Assembly (NCBI GenBank): GCA_041691515.1
Contig: JBEPUM010000002.1
Coordinates: forward strand, 628 to 64,627
Origin: Pseudomonadota bacterium
GTDB taxonomy: Bacteria > Pseudomonadota > Alphaproteobacteria > Rhizobiales > Xanthobacteraceae
Reading direction: 5' to 3'
Length of the DNA stretch: 64,000 nt
Position 1 is the first letter of the stretch; every line of letters starts with the position of its first letter. The translations under genes were made by a program, and so were the position numbers. Below are positions 17,601 through 26,789 of the stretch, one piece after another. The notes beneath the pieces are model-generated. The model did no database searches, had not been told where the DNA came from, and was given only the letters and a program-made list of their open reading frames with translations.

Positions 17601-18497
17601 ATCGATTCATCGCAACCGCCGGTGCTGACGCGACTGGCGGTTTTTGCCAGTCCGTGGCCGACATCGGTGACGGTGTGGACCTCGCCAGACGGCACGAGTT
17701 TTCAGCCGGCCGCGATCGTACCAGTGCCTTCGACATCAGGCGAAACGCTCGACCCGTTGCCCGCAGGACCGGCCGGGCGATGGGATCGCGGCAACACCTT
17801 CCGGGTGCGTCTCTATGGTGGCGCGCTGGCGTCGGTGTCCGATGCCCGCGTGCTTGGGGGTGCCAACGCGGCGGCGGTGCAGACACCGGACGGCGAATGG
17901 GAGATTTTGCAGTTCGCCAATGCAGAACTGGTGGCTGCCCAGACATATAGAGTGTCGCGCCTGTTGCGCGGGCAGGCCGGCAGCGAATACGCCATTGCCG
18001 AGTCTTTACCAGCAGGCGCGCCGTTCGTCCTGCTCGATACGCACCTCACGCCGGTGGCGCGAGGACTGAATGCACTCGACCGCCCGATCCTGATGCGGCT
18101 CGCAGCAGCCGGACGAAATCACGACGACCCGACCGCGGTTGCGTTGACGGTGACACCGCAGGCGACCGCGTTGCTGCCGTTGTCGCCGGTGCACGTCAAA
18201 GCGCGTCGAGATAGCGATGGCATTCACATTTCGTGGATTCGCCGTACACGCATCGACGGCGATGGTTGGGGCATCGAAGTGCCGCTCGGCGAGGAAGTCG
18301 AGGCTTACACGATCGATATTCTTTCCGGCGGATCGGCCGTGCGCAGCATCGCGTGCAGCATATCAGAAGCACTCTACGCCAATGCCGATGAACTGGCGGA
18401 TTTCGGCAGTGCCCAAACCAGCCTGCATCTCCGCGTCGCGCAACTCTCAAGCACCGTCGGCGCCGGCCACCCCACCGAACTCACTCTCACCATTTGA
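14646..18497 (+). CDS. Baseplate multidomain protein megatron (g15; GTA TIM-barrel domain)
   Basis: PAYRGLAYIVFERLPL, YPWRGRIT, GGEGFDWYY, VDKGANQP, WTWDARPYP; ATG 14646 in TGATG. Confidence 0.95.
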   Translation: MAALVLSVAGAATGALFGPAGAIAGRIAGALVGNVIDRKLFGPGNQSVVGPRLADLDVMASTEGAPIPRVYGRARLSGQMIWATQLEEVVSSEASSGGKGGLLSGPTTTTTTYSYFANFAVGLCEGVIGRVGRIWADGSPLDVSGLTFRVHRGTEDQAVDDLIVAKEGAGNAPAYRGLAYIVFERLPLANFGNRIPQLSFEIIRPIGQLEQMVRAVTLIPGTTEFGYEPSTVVQSLGPGQSAPENRHVPNAASDVLASLDDLQGLCPNLERVAVVVAWFGSDLRAGACVVRPGVDSAGKFTSGGDWSVAGVTRASAYVVSQVDGRPAFGGTPSDDSVVHLIAELKARGLKVTFYPFIMMDIPEGNGLTDPWSGAASQPAYPWRGRITCDPAPGQVGSPQGTAAAATQVGNFFSGGSSNYRSMILHYANLAASAGGVDAFMIGSELKSLTRVRSDSGVYPAVDALVALATDVKAIVGSSTVVTYGADWTEYGADVIDPGASEVRFPLDPLWASSAIDVIGIDYYAPLADWRDEAGHLDSIIASSAYDLGYLAGNVTGGEGFDWYYADDAARAAQHRTPITDGLGKPWTFRVKDIRGWWSSAHIERVGGAELASPTAWSPQSKPIWLTEVGCPAVDKGANQPSVFPDPKSSENHVPYFSSGNRDDLIQRRYLQAFLGKLDPSFGADEPDNPVSTVDGARMIDASAIHVWTWDARPYPAFPAAIDVWSDGPNWQTGHWLTGRLGTAPMDALVAQLLEDSGIAGADTSALREGCDGYAIDRPMAPRAMIEPLAGAYAFDATAADGTLRFIQRGGAPVAEFVEDDLVLSANGALAQLTRSQETELPREVSFGFTDGMSDYRRAAVTSRRLAGGSNRSVHSDLAVVADDAAMAQRADVWLQDLWAGRESAAFAFGPQCLSLTPGDVIAVTINDRRRLFEIDTTVDAEARQVSARSIDPEVFSVPLLAPRLKIPAIPASLGPVQAVVLDLPTIDSSQPPVLTRLAVFASPWPTSVTVWTSPDGTSFQPAAIVPVPSTSGETLDPLPAGPAGRWDRGNTFRVRLYGGALASVSDARVLGGANAAAVQTPDGEWEILQFANAELVAAQTYRVSRLLRGQAGSEYAIAESLPAGAPFVLLDTHLTPVARGLNALDRPILMRLAAAGRNHDDPTAVALTVTPQATALLPLSPVHVKARRDSDGIHISWIRRTRIDGDGWGIEVPLGEEVEAYTIDILSGGSAVRSIACSISEALYANADELADFGSAQTSLHLRVAQLSSTVGAGHPTELTLTI

Positions 18498-18523
18498 GAT
18501 GACATGACAGACACAATCTCGGG

Positions 18524-20080
18524 ATGCCGTATATCGACGGCAGCCAGGCGCAGAAGCACATTACCCATAACGAGGCGTTGCGCATTCTCGATTCAGCTAT
18601 CCAGATCGGCGTGCTCGATCTGACGCTCACTGCGCCGCCATCCAGTCCGGGGGATGGCGAACGGCATGTGGTTGCAGGCGGCGCGACCGGCGCGTGGGCG
18701 GGGCATAATAACGCCATCGCGACCTGGCAGGACGGCGCCTGGGCTTTCCTGGCGCCAAAGATCGGCTGGTGTATCTGGTCGGTCGCGGACGATGTCATGT
18801 TCGCGTTCGACGGAACAGTGTGGCGGGATTTTCGCAGCCTGCCGGCTGCGCTGGACAACGCGCTGCGTGTCGGCGTCAACACCGCCGCCAGCAGCCCCAA
18901 TCTCTTTAGTGTCAAATCCAATGCCGCGCTGTTTGCCGCCATCGATGCAGCCGACGGCGGCACCGGCGACATGCGGCTTCAGGTGTCGAAGGAGACGTCC
19001 GCCGACACTGCGTCGGTGTTCTTTTCGGACAATTTCTCGGGAAGGGCCGAGTTTGGCCTTGTCGGAAGCGATACGTTCAAGCTCAAGGTGTCGCCCGACG
19101 GGTCCGCATGGACCGACGCATTCAATATCGATCAGGGTTCAGGCAATCTCACGCTGCCGCGCGGATTGGCGCTGACCGGGGTTATTGCGCCGGCGCAGAT
19201 CACGACCAACCAGAACGACTACAATCCGGCGGGTATCGCGGCGGCATCGGTCCTGCAAATCAACACGGACGCGGCGCGGAGCATTTCGGGGCTTGCCGGC
19301 GGCGCCGAAGGGCGTTGCGTGACCATCATCAATGTCGGCAGCCAGCCTCTCACGTTGCTGAACGAAAGCACGTCCTCCTCGGCATCGAACCGTTTCACGC
19401 TGAGTGGCAGTCTGACGATCGCGGCGAAGCAGGCCGCGATCCTGCGTTACGACGGCACGGCCGCGCGCTGGCAAGCGATGGCGGGCAGCGCGGCGCTGGT
19501 CCCCGGCAACAATCTGTCGGACTTGAATAGCGCGGCCACGGCGTTGACCAATCTTGGCGGCACCACGGTCGGTGTCAGCGTGTTCAAGGCAACCGATGCG
19601 GCGGCGGCCCAAGCGGTAATAGGGCTGCCGAACGGCATCAGCATTCAGACGGCATCGGCCAGTTCAAGCACCTTCGCGAGCGGAACGACGACGTTTGCAT
19701 TCGGCGATAACGTTCCTACGATCACTGAAGGCACGGAAATTATCACTTGTGCCATCACGCCGAAATATTCGACGAGCAAATTGAGGATAGATTACAACAT
19801 CCGGATTGCCGGTACGGGGGGCAACACGGTTGGTGTTGCGCTGTTTCAGGACGCGACTTCGGCTGCAATCGATGGCGAACAGCTGTCGATCGTCAACGCC
19901 GACAATGGAACGACACTGTGCGGCGTATATTTTATGACGGCCGGCACGACCTCATCGACAACGTTCCGGTTGCGCGCAGGCTGCGCCGGAGGAACCTGGT
20001 ACGTTAACGGGACTAGTGCCGGACGCCGTTTTGGCGGAGTGCTCACGACCACGTTGAGCGTCACGGAGATAAAGGGCTAG
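18524..20080 (+). CDS. DUF2793 tail fibre-like protein with variable C-terminus
   Basis: SQAQKHITHNEAL DUF2793 motif, GRAEFGLVGSD, NNLSDL..LTNLG fibre repeat. Confidence 0.85.
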   Translation: MPYIDGSQAQKHITHNEALRILDSAIQIGVLDLTLTAPPSSPGDGERHVVAGGATGAWAGHNNAIATWQDGAWAFLAPKIGWCIWSVADDVMFAFDGTVWRDFRSLPAALDNALRVGVNTAASSPNLFSVKSNAALFAAIDAADGGTGDMRLQVSKETSADTASVFFSDNFSGRAEFGLVGSDTFKLKVSPDGSAWTDAFNIDQGSGNLTLPRGLALTGVIAPAQITTNQNDYNPAGIAAASVLQINTDAARSISGLAGGAEGRCVTIINVGSQPLTLLNESTSSSASNRFTLSGSLTIAAKQAAILRYDGTAARWQAMAGSAALVPGNNLSDLNSAATALTNLGGTTVGVSVFKATDAAAAQAVIGLPNGISIQTASASSSTFASGTTTFAFGDNVPTITEGTEIITCAITPKYSTSKLRIDYNIRIAGTGGNTVGVALFQDATSAAIDGEQLSIVNADNGTTLCGVYFMTAGTTSSTTFRLRAGCAGGTWYVNGTSAGRRFGGVLTTTLSVTEIKG

Positions 20081-20111
20081 TTTTTTGGCGCGTTCTGCAT
20101 AAAATGTGCAA

Positions 20112-20672
20112 ATGACAATCTATTACCTGCCTCTGCTTGGCTCCCGCGATTACATTCATGGCACGACCATTTTTAATCTGATCTTGAGAGAATTGCAGCC
20201 GGGCTTTCCTGTGCAATTGCGCTTCAATTCCTTGATCAGAGGGGCACTTAAAATCGATGCGATCACGCCTGAAAAATCAGATGGTGTCGTGTCGTTTGGT
20301 CGGGCTGACAGGAAAATTTCACTAGGTCTCTATGGCATACCGTCAAACGAGCCAACTGTACGCCAGCCGTTTGACGAAGACGCCATTACGGCCACGACGC
20401 AGATTGATGGCACGATAGTATCGTCGGAAATGACGAATGACGTTTCAATGATCGCGCGGTTTATCGTGATGTACAAAGCGCTTGTGCAAGCCCGATTTCC
20501 CGATGCAAAAGGGAAATGGTTATTTACCGGCATCTCCGCGACGGCATGGCCCGATGACGGAAGGCATCTCAAGCTGGAATTTGCGAGTGCCGTTGGAACG
20601 CGGATGGTCAAGTCTCGCGCGATCGTCGATGGACGCGAAGTTGCTCAGATTCTTTTCTCACTTGCCACGTAA
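20112..20672 (+). CDS. Hypothetical protein, AT-rich moron
   Basis: Clean ORF in visibly lower-GC DNA between fibre and endolysin; GSRDYIHGTTIFN motif. Confidence 0.6.
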   Translation: MTIYYLPLLGSRDYIHGTTIFNLILRELQPGFPVQLRFNSLIRGALKIDAITPEKSDGVVSFGRADRKISLGLYGIPSNEPTVRQPFDEDAITATTQIDGTIVSSEMTNDVSMIARFIVMYKALVQARFPDAKGKWLFTGISATAWPDDGRHLKLEFASAVGTRMVKSRAIVDGREVAQILFSLAT

Positions 20673-20779
20673 CGGACGATAGCGCCGATCGACCGCGCGC
20701 GGCGACCGACGTCGCGGATCGCAGAGCGGCCAACGTCTCCTGGAAGAGCCGGGTCCCATAATCCAATAGGGAATGTCCA

Positions 20780-21289
20780 ATGCCAAACGTAGCCTCCGCT
20801 GCGAGCGCTCCCGCTATGCCCGTATGGCCAAGGGATGCGGTCGATGCGAAGAATGCCTTCTATGGTAATTTCCATGGCGCGAAGTGGCCGTCGCAATATC
20901 TGACGCGGATCACTACTCCATTCCAGATGACCTACGCCGGGAAGCTGCTCCCGTCGCTGCTGGTGAACAGGATGTGCGCTCATGCCATGCTGAGCTGCTT
21001 CAACGATATCTGGAACGAGTGCGACCACGACCAAAAGAAAGTGGACGCGACCGGCGCAAGTGATTTCGGAGGGTGCTTCAACATCCGGCCGATCTCGGGT
21101 TCGAACAACTGGTCGAACCATTCGTGGGCATGCGCAATTGATCTCTCCCCGTCGTCGAACGGCTTCAACATGAAGACGACGCTCTCGCGGATCGTGATCG
21201 ACATATTCAAGGCACACGGCGCGCGCTGGGGCGGCGATTACAGGGGCCGCAAGGACCCGATGCATTTCGAATTCGTTCGATCTGTTTAG
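20780..21289 (+). CDS. M15-family metallopeptidase endolysin
   Basis: R...SNHSWACAID and DPMHFE Zn-binding motifs; adjacent to holin. Confidence 0.85.
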   Translation: MPNVASAASAPAMPVWPRDAVDAKNAFYGNFHGAKWPSQYLTRITTPFQMTYAGKLLPSLLVNRMCAHAMLSCFNDIWNECDHDQKKVDATGASDFGGCFNIRPISGSNNWSNHSWACAIDLSPSSNGFNMKTTLSRIVIDIFKAHGARWGGDYRGRKDPMHFEFVRSV

Positions 21290-21345
21290 AAAGCCCGCTG
21301 CGCGACGGCCTCGCGCAAGCATCCAAACATCTTTGGAGACAACAC

Positions 21346-21585
21346 ATGACATCGGATTCGGTGTGGCAGATCGTGCGCTATTTGCTGATCGCAGCCGGGA
21401 GCTTCGCAACCGGCAAAGGCTGGGTCACTTCGGATCAGGTGACGGGTATCGTCGGCGCGATCGGCACGCTCTTCACCGTCGCCTGGGGCATCTACGTGAA
21501 GTTCGGCACCCGCGCGACCACTGCGGCCGTCGCTGCGCGAATCGACGTTCCGGTCATCAGCGCCGCGACCGGCGCGATCAAGTAA
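21346..21585 (+). CDS. Putative holin (2 TM)
   Basis: GGAGA RBS; two hydrophobic helices (IVRYLLIAAGSF; IVGAIGTLFTVAWGIY) after endolysin. Confidence 0.7.
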   Translation: MTSDSVWQIVRYLLIAAGSFATGKGWVTSDQVTGIVGAIGTLFTVAWGIYVKFGTRATTAAVAARIDVPVISAATGAIK

Positions 21586-21605
21586 CCCTCACAACAGGAG
21601 TTTTC

Positions 21606-22001
21606 ATGCGAAAATTAGTCGCCGCCATAGCGGTCGTCTCCGGTCTGGCGCTCGCAGGGTGTCAGACCGTCTCGCTGCCGTCGCTGAATCTGAACGCCGC
21701 CGTCTCGCTCAATACGATCTACGGCATCGAAAATGCCTATGGCATCGCAGTGAACGCCGCCAATGCCTACAAGGCGCTGCCGCTTTGCAGGACAGGCAGC
21801 GTGCCGGGCGCGGCCAACGTCTGCGCGAAGCGATCGGTGATCGTGAACCTGCAGGCCGCGATGCGCAAAGCGCGCCTGGCGGTCAACAACCTGGTCGGCT
21901 TTCAGAAGGCCTACCCATCGGTCGATATCACCAACACGCTGTCAGCCGCGCAATCAGCCTTGATCGGCGTCCAGCAAGTCCTCGCATCGGGAGCGCAGTA
22001 A
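21606..22001 (+). CDS. Lipoprotein in lysis cassette
   Basis: AGGAG RBS; MRKLVAAIAVVSGLALAG-C lipobox. Confidence 0.75.
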   Translation: MRKLVAAIAVVSGLALAGCQTVSLPSLNLNAAVSLNTIYGIENAYGIAVNAANAYKALPLCRTGSVPGAANVCAKRSVIVNLQAAMRKARLAVNNLVGFQKAYPSVDITNTLSAAQSALIGVQQVLASGAQ

Positions 22002-22002
22002 C

Positions 22003-22254
22003 ATGGTCACAGCAACGGAAATCGAAGCTGGCCTTGCGGTAGCCGAAGCCATCGTCAGTGCCATCGTGAAGGTTGCGCCGGCGATCGAGCAGGGCGTGAT
22101 CTCGTCGGTCCCCTATATTCAGGCTATCGGCGGATTGATCGCAGGCAGCAACGCCACATCGGCGCAGATCGACGCGGTGCTGGCCCAGATCAATGCGGCA
22201 AGCGATGAATTCCTCAAGCCGTTGCCGCCGGACGACGGCTCCACCACGACGTGA
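22003..22254 (+). CDS. Small amphipathic hypothetical protein, end of lysis cassette
   Basis: Starts 1 nt after lipoprotein stop; 83 aa helical sequence. Confidence 0.6.
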   Translation: MVTATEIEAGLAVAEAIVSAIVKVAPAIEQGVISSVPYIQAIGGLIAGSNATSAQIDAVLAQINAASDEFLKPLPPDDGSTTT

Positions 22255-22396
22255 GGCCAGGGCGGGTGCGCTGGACCCCGCGGCGGCTCCGCCGGAGCAC
22301 AAAAATATGACGTGGGCGGGGTCTTCACGTTCATTTGCCATTCACGCCGCAACGGGTCATCTTGGCGCTACTGAAGCCGGAATCACGGAGCCCGCC

Positions 22397-23068
22397 TTGC
22401 GCCTTCTGGTCGTTGAAGACGATCCCGATCTCAATCGTCAGCTTACGACGGCGCTGACCGACGCCGGTTATGTCGTCGATCGCGCGTTCGATGGCGAGGA
22501 GGGGCACTACCTCGGCGACAGCGAGCCGTATGACGCGGTCGTGCTGGATATCGGCTTGCCGAAGATGGACGGCATTTCGGTGCTGGAAGCCTGGCGGCGC
22601 AACAACCGCGCCATGCCGGTACTGATCCTTACCGCACGCGACCGCTGGAGCGACAAGGTGCAGGGGTTCGATGCCGGCGCGGACGACTATGTAGCCAAGC
22701 CGTTTCATCTCGAGGAAGTGCTGGCGCGGATTCGCGCGCTGCTGCGCCGGAGCACCGGCCACGCGCAGTCCGAACTGACCTGCGGACCCGTGTCGCTGGA
22801 CACCCGCACCGGCCGCGTCAGCGTCAGCGGCAATCCGATCAAGATGACCTCGCACGAATACCGGCTGCTGGCCTATCTCATGCACCATACCGGGCGGGTG
22901 GTGTCGCGCACCGAACTCGTCGAGCATCTCTACGATCAGGATTTTGATCGCGACAGCAATACCATCGAGGTGTTCGTCGGCCGCATCCGCAAAAAGCTCG
23001 ATGTCGACATCATCCAGACGGTGCGGGGGCTCGGCTACCTGCTGACGCCGCCGGCAGATGCGCGCTAG
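22397..23068 (+). CDS. feuP: OmpR-family response regulator (FeuP-like)
   Basis: TTG start; LVVEDD, LDIGLP, GADDYVAKPF, TVRGLGY; upstream of lipoprotein-cycHJKL as in rhizobia. Confidence 0.8.
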   Translation: MRLLVVEDDPDLNRQLTTALTDAGYVVDRAFDGEEGHYLGDSEPYDAVVLDIGLPKMDGISVLEAWRRNNRAMPVLILTARDRWSDKVQGFDAGADDYVAKPFHLEEVLARIRALLRRSTGHAQSELTCGPVSLDTRTGRVSVSGNPIKMTSHEYRLLAYLMHHTGRVVSRTELVEHLYDQDFDRDSNTIEVFVGRIRKKLDVDIIQTVRGLGYLLTPPADAR

Positions 23069-24458
23069 AGCATTTTTAGGCCGCCGCACCAGCTCGCTCG
23101 CGACGCGGCTGTTCCTGTCGGCGACCGCCTGGGTGGTGGTGATTCTGCTCATCACGGGCGTCGTGCTGTCGTCGGTCTATCGCTCGGCATCCGAGCGCGC
23201 CTTCGACCGCCGGCTCAATCTCTATCTTCGCACACTGATCGCCGAAGTCGCGACGCCGGACGAGCCGGCCGATCATCAGTTCCAGTCGCTCGGCGAGCCG
23301 TTGTTCGATCTGCCGCTGTCGGGCTGGTATTGGGAGGTCGTTCGCACCGACCCTGAGAAGGCGGAAGTCCGCGCATCACGCTCGCTGTGGGACAAGAAGC
23401 TTCCGAAGCTGGAAGATCAGGGCGTGGAGCTGACGTCGTCTGGAATCCGTGTCGGATACGTCGACGGCCCGGAAGGCCAGACGCTGCGCATGGTGGAGCG
23501 GCCGGTCGATCTCGGCGCGGACGGCAAGTTTCGCGTCACGGTGGCCGGTGACGCCACCGAGATTTTCGACGAGACCCGCGCCTTCGACTACTACCTTGGC
23601 GGCACGTTCGCCGCACTGACGGTAGGGCTGCTGCTGACCACGATATTCCAGGTGCGTTTCGGTCTGGCGCCGCTGAAGCGCATTTCGGATTCCATTGCAG
23701 ATATCCGCTCCGGCCGCGCCGAACGGCTCGAAGGCGAATTTCCGGTCGAGATCGCGCCGCTCGCCCGCGAGACCAATGCGCTGATCGACGCCAACCGCGA
23801 AATTGTCGAGCGCGCCCGCACCCATGTCGGCAACCTCGCGCATGCCATCAAGACGCCGCTCTCGGTCATTGTGAACGAGGCCGCCGTGCACAACCGCGAT
23901 CCCTTCGCGGCGAAAGTGCTTGAACAGGCCGACGTGATGCGCAATCAGGTCGCGCATCATCTGGAGCGTGCGCGTATCGCTGCACGGCTCACCGTCATCG
24001 CCACGGTCACCGACGTTGCACCCGTCATCGAGGCGCTGCGCCGGACCATGGAAAAAATTCACCGCGACCGCGACATTGCCATCGATACCGAAGCAAATGC
24101 GGCGGCGAAATTTCGCGGCGAGCGGCAGGATCTCGAAGAGATGGCCGGCAACCTCGTCGACAATGCCTGCAAATGGGCGCGGTCGCGGGTATTCATCGAG
24201 GCGTCCGTTAGCCCGTCTGCGGGTACCGATCCGGCGCCGATGCTGCATATCATTGTCGACGACGACGGCCGCGGGCTCTCGGACGCCGAGCGCGGACAGG
24301 TCTCCGGGCGCGGCCAGCGGCTCGACGAGACCAAGCCCGGCTCCGGACTCGGGCTGTCCATCGTCACCGATCTGGCAGCGCTCTATGGCGGGAGCCTGAC
24401 ATTGGGCTCCGCGCCGATCGGCGGTCTTCGCGCCGAACTCGTGCTGCCGGCGGCGTGA
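23058..24458 (+). CDS. feuQ: Sensor histidine kinase (FeuQ-like)
   Basis: 2 TM, LAHAIKTPL H-box, NLVDNACKW, DDDGRG, GSGLGL. Confidence 0.8.
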   Translation: MRARAFLGRRTSSLATRLFLSATAWVVVILLITGVVLSSVYRSASERAFDRRLNLYLRTLIAEVATPDEPADHQFQSLGEPLFDLPLSGWYWEVVRTDPEKAEVRASRSLWDKKLPKLEDQGVELTSSGIRVGYVDGPEGQTLRMVERPVDLGADGKFRVTVAGDATEIFDETRAFDYYLGGTFAALTVGLLLTTIFQVRFGLAPLKRISDSIADIRSGRAERLEGEFPVEIAPLARETNALIDANREIVERARTHVGNLAHAIKTPLSVIVNEAAVHNRDPFAAKVLEQADVMRNQVAHHLERARIAARLTVIATVTDVAPVIEALRRTMEKIHRDRDIAIDTEANAAAKFRGERQDLEEMAGNLVDNACKWARSRVFIEASVSPSAGTDPAPMLHIIVDDDGRGLSDAERGQVSGRGQRLDETKPGSGLGLSIVTDLAALYGGSLTLGSAPIGGLRAELVLPAA

Positions 24459-24575
24459 GGGAACCGGTGTCCAATCCCAAGACAAGCTCGCGCTACCCTG
24501 CGCCGCAGTCCCGCCCGAATTGTCGATTCTTGTGACGGTGGGCGTGACATCCTCCTGCGGGACGGCGCCGGAGGA

Positions 24576-25049
24576 ATGATGGTCAAGACAAATTTTCTGG
24601 CGGTTCTCGCGGCCGCGCTCATCCTCTGCGGCTGCGACGTAACCGGTTCCGGCGAAGGTCCGGGTACGCTGACCGGTGCGTATGCGGGCTCGGCATCGGG
24701 AACGGCGTCGGGCGATCCCACGCATGACCGGGCGGCGGCCGCAGTCACTGCGGCTGCGCTCGGCGGATTGATCGGATCGAAGCTCGGTTCGGCGCTCGAT
24801 GATAGCGACCGCGCACTGGCCTATCAGGCCCAGATCGATGCTCTCGAGCGGGGTGCCGCCGGTGCGCCGATCGCCTGGCGGAACCCGGCCACCGGCCGCC
24901 ACGGCAATATCGTCGCCGGGCCGCTCTACGACCTGAAAGGCGCGAAATGCCGCGGCTATTCCCACACCGTCACGACCGGCGCTCAGCTTGAAACCGTGCG
25001 CAAAACCGCGTGCCGGAACGCCGACGGCAGCTGGACCGCGGTGAGCTAG
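24576..25049 (+). CDS. 17-kDa surface-antigen-type (glycine zipper) lipoprotein
   Basis: Lipobox LCGC, GGLIGSKLG zipper, WRNPATG, TACRNADGSW. Confidence 0.85.
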   Translation: MMVKTNFLAVLAAALILCGCDVTGSGEGPGTLTGAYAGSASGTASGDPTHDRAAAAVTAAALGGLIGSKLGSALDDSDRALAYQAQIDALERGAAGAPIAWRNPATGRHGNIVAGPLYDLKGAKCRGYSHTVTTGAQLETVRKTACRNADGSWTAVS

Positions 25050-25234
25050 GGCCGTTGCGGGGCTGGATCAGAAATTTCGCCTATCCCTCTGTTCTGGCAC
25101 GCTCTTTGGCAAGAGGGCATTCACTTCTGGGGCTTCGCTGCCCTACCTCAACGCATCCTTAAGACCGCTCCTGCTATGACATCCGGTGGGCACCCCCGGT
25201 GCCCGTGCGATCGTCCGCGTCAAGATTTGCGTGC

Positions 25235-26629
25235 ATGGACCAGACATCGATCGAACGGCTGAAGGATTACCTCGCGCAGCTCCCGCCGAAGTCGCAGGCG
25301 CTGCTGATGCGGGAGTTCGAGCGCGCGGTCGAACGGGGCGAAGACGCCGCGGTCGCCAACCTCGTGCTTGAGGAATTGCGCAAGATCGTTCGCGGTTCCG
25401 ACGACAGCGTGCGGCCGCGCAATGAAGACCCAGCACGGCATCTGTTTCGTCCGCTGGAACCGTTCCTTGTCGAAGGTGGCTCGACGCTGCGTCCTGGGCA
25501 GATCCGCCGCGCGTCGCTTCTGCCGATCTGGCAGTGGTTGGCGCGAGATGGTGCGCCGGACGCTGCCGGTGTGTTCGAAGCTGCGCTTGCGGCTGAAACG
25601 GGATCGGCATCCGAGACCGAGAGGGCGGTGCGGACATTTCAGATGGCCGCCGCCAACGCTATTCTCAAGATCATGGCAGACGACTCCGGTACCGACAGAC
25701 AGCGGGCGCTCGCTCGCATTGGTGCTCCTAGTGTCGTTGAGGATCTCGCCCCGATCGGTGCTATCCTGAATGCCCGTGAGGCTCTCGATACGTTGAACGG
25801 ACGGCTTCCGAGCTTTCTGCGTGTCTTCGGAGAATCGCAGATTTCCTCGTTGATGGGCGCGCTCAACGTTCCTTCCCTGCAAACCCCGCTGGTTCTGCCG
25901 TTCGCGCTGTCGCTTGTGATGCAACGGCTGTCCGCATCCTGGCAGATCATCCGGCTTGCAATCAGGGTCGCGGGCTCGGACGACGAAATCCGCGTGGCCG
26001 CGATGCCCTATGGCGTGGCCGTGACGCTGGCGATCGACGATCTGTCGCGGATCGCGGCCAGTCTCCGCGCAGACATCCGGCGCGGGCATTTCGAAAATGT
26101 CTCTGAACACCTCAAGACCGTGCACGATGGAATGCGCGGACTGCGGACCGAACTCGATATTCGCACCGATTCGAACTGGGGCCGCCAGCTCGCGGCCATC
26201 AGGGTCGATATTTCCAACGGCCTGCAATCGGAAATCGACAGTGTCCCGGGCCGGGTGAGGCGGCTGCTTCGCCAGCGGCCCGACAAGGACATCTCGCCGG
26301 GTGCACGGGTTGACCCGACCGAAGTCGAGGAAACCGCCGCGCTGATCGATTTCGTCGCCGTGTGCCGGACCTACGCCAGCGAACTCGCCATCAACGAAGT
26401 GACATTGCGCACTTATTCGGACTTGCAGCATTACGTCGAGCAGACCACCGAAGCGCTGGTGGAATCGCTGCGCAACGGCGATGCGCGCGTCCGCGCGTTC
26501 CGCCAGCAGCAAGTCAAGGCCGCGATCCGCTTCTGCGACGTTCTGTTCGGCCATGACTATTCGTCGCTGATGAACAGGGCGGCGGAAAACGCGCTCACGG
26601 TCGAGCGCAAATCGAGCCGTGCCAGCTAA
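25235..26629 (+). CDS. Conserved hypothetical protein
   Basis: Long ORF with host codon bias; MDQTSIERLKDYLAQL start. Confidence 0.75.
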   Translation: MDQTSIERLKDYLAQLPPKSQALLMREFERAVERGEDAAVANLVLEELRKIVRGSDDSVRPRNEDPARHLFRPLEPFLVEGGSTLRPGQIRRASLLPIWQWLARDGAPDAAGVFEAALAAETGSASETERAVRTFQMAAANAILKIMADDSGTDRQRALARIGAPSVVEDLAPIGAILNAREALDTLNGRLPSFLRVFGESQISSLMGALNVPSLQTPLVLPFALSLVMQRLSASWQIIRLAIRVAGSDDEIRVAAMPYGVAVTLAIDDLSRIAASLRADIRRGHFENVSEHLKTVHDGMRGLRTELDIRTDSNWGRQLAAIRVDISNGLQSEIDSVPGRVRRLLRQRPDKDISPGARVDPTEVEETAALIDFVAVCRTYASELAINEVTLRTYSDLQHYVEQTTEALVESLRNGDARVRAFRQQQVKAAIRFCDVLFGHDYSSLMNRAAENALTVERKSSRAS

Positions 26630-26789
26630 CTGAGTGGAATCGACCGCTCGCGATGCCACATTGATTCGGCAGGGCTTTTTGCCGTCGATTGTGCCGCAAT
26701 TGTCAATTGCACGCCCCTCCCAGTCATGATGTAACCCGGGCCATCGGATCCGCCGTTTCGGGCGCCGGTCCATCGGAACCCTGTTTGCG

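Larger units (their letters stand above)
1..22254 (+). mobile_element. RcGTA-like gene transfer agent (domesticated phage) head-tail plus lysis cluster; left end runs off the window
   Basis: Gene order matches RcGTA g1-g15 (terminases, portal, protease, capsid, connector, tail genes, DUF2460, DUF2163, NlpC/P60, megatron) plus DUF2793 fibre; very short tape measure; host-like codon usage; no integrase, repressor or replication genes in the window. Confidence 0.88.

Noticed and set aside
1-22254. Intact temperate prophage
   Set aside because: No integrase, repressor, replication genes or att site at the visible right end; synteny and short tape measure fit an RcGTA-type element. The left flank is outside the window.
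22193-22396. Long N-terminal extension of the response regulator
   Set aside because: Overlaps the upstream gene and a hairpin; the receiver domain begins at TTG 22397.
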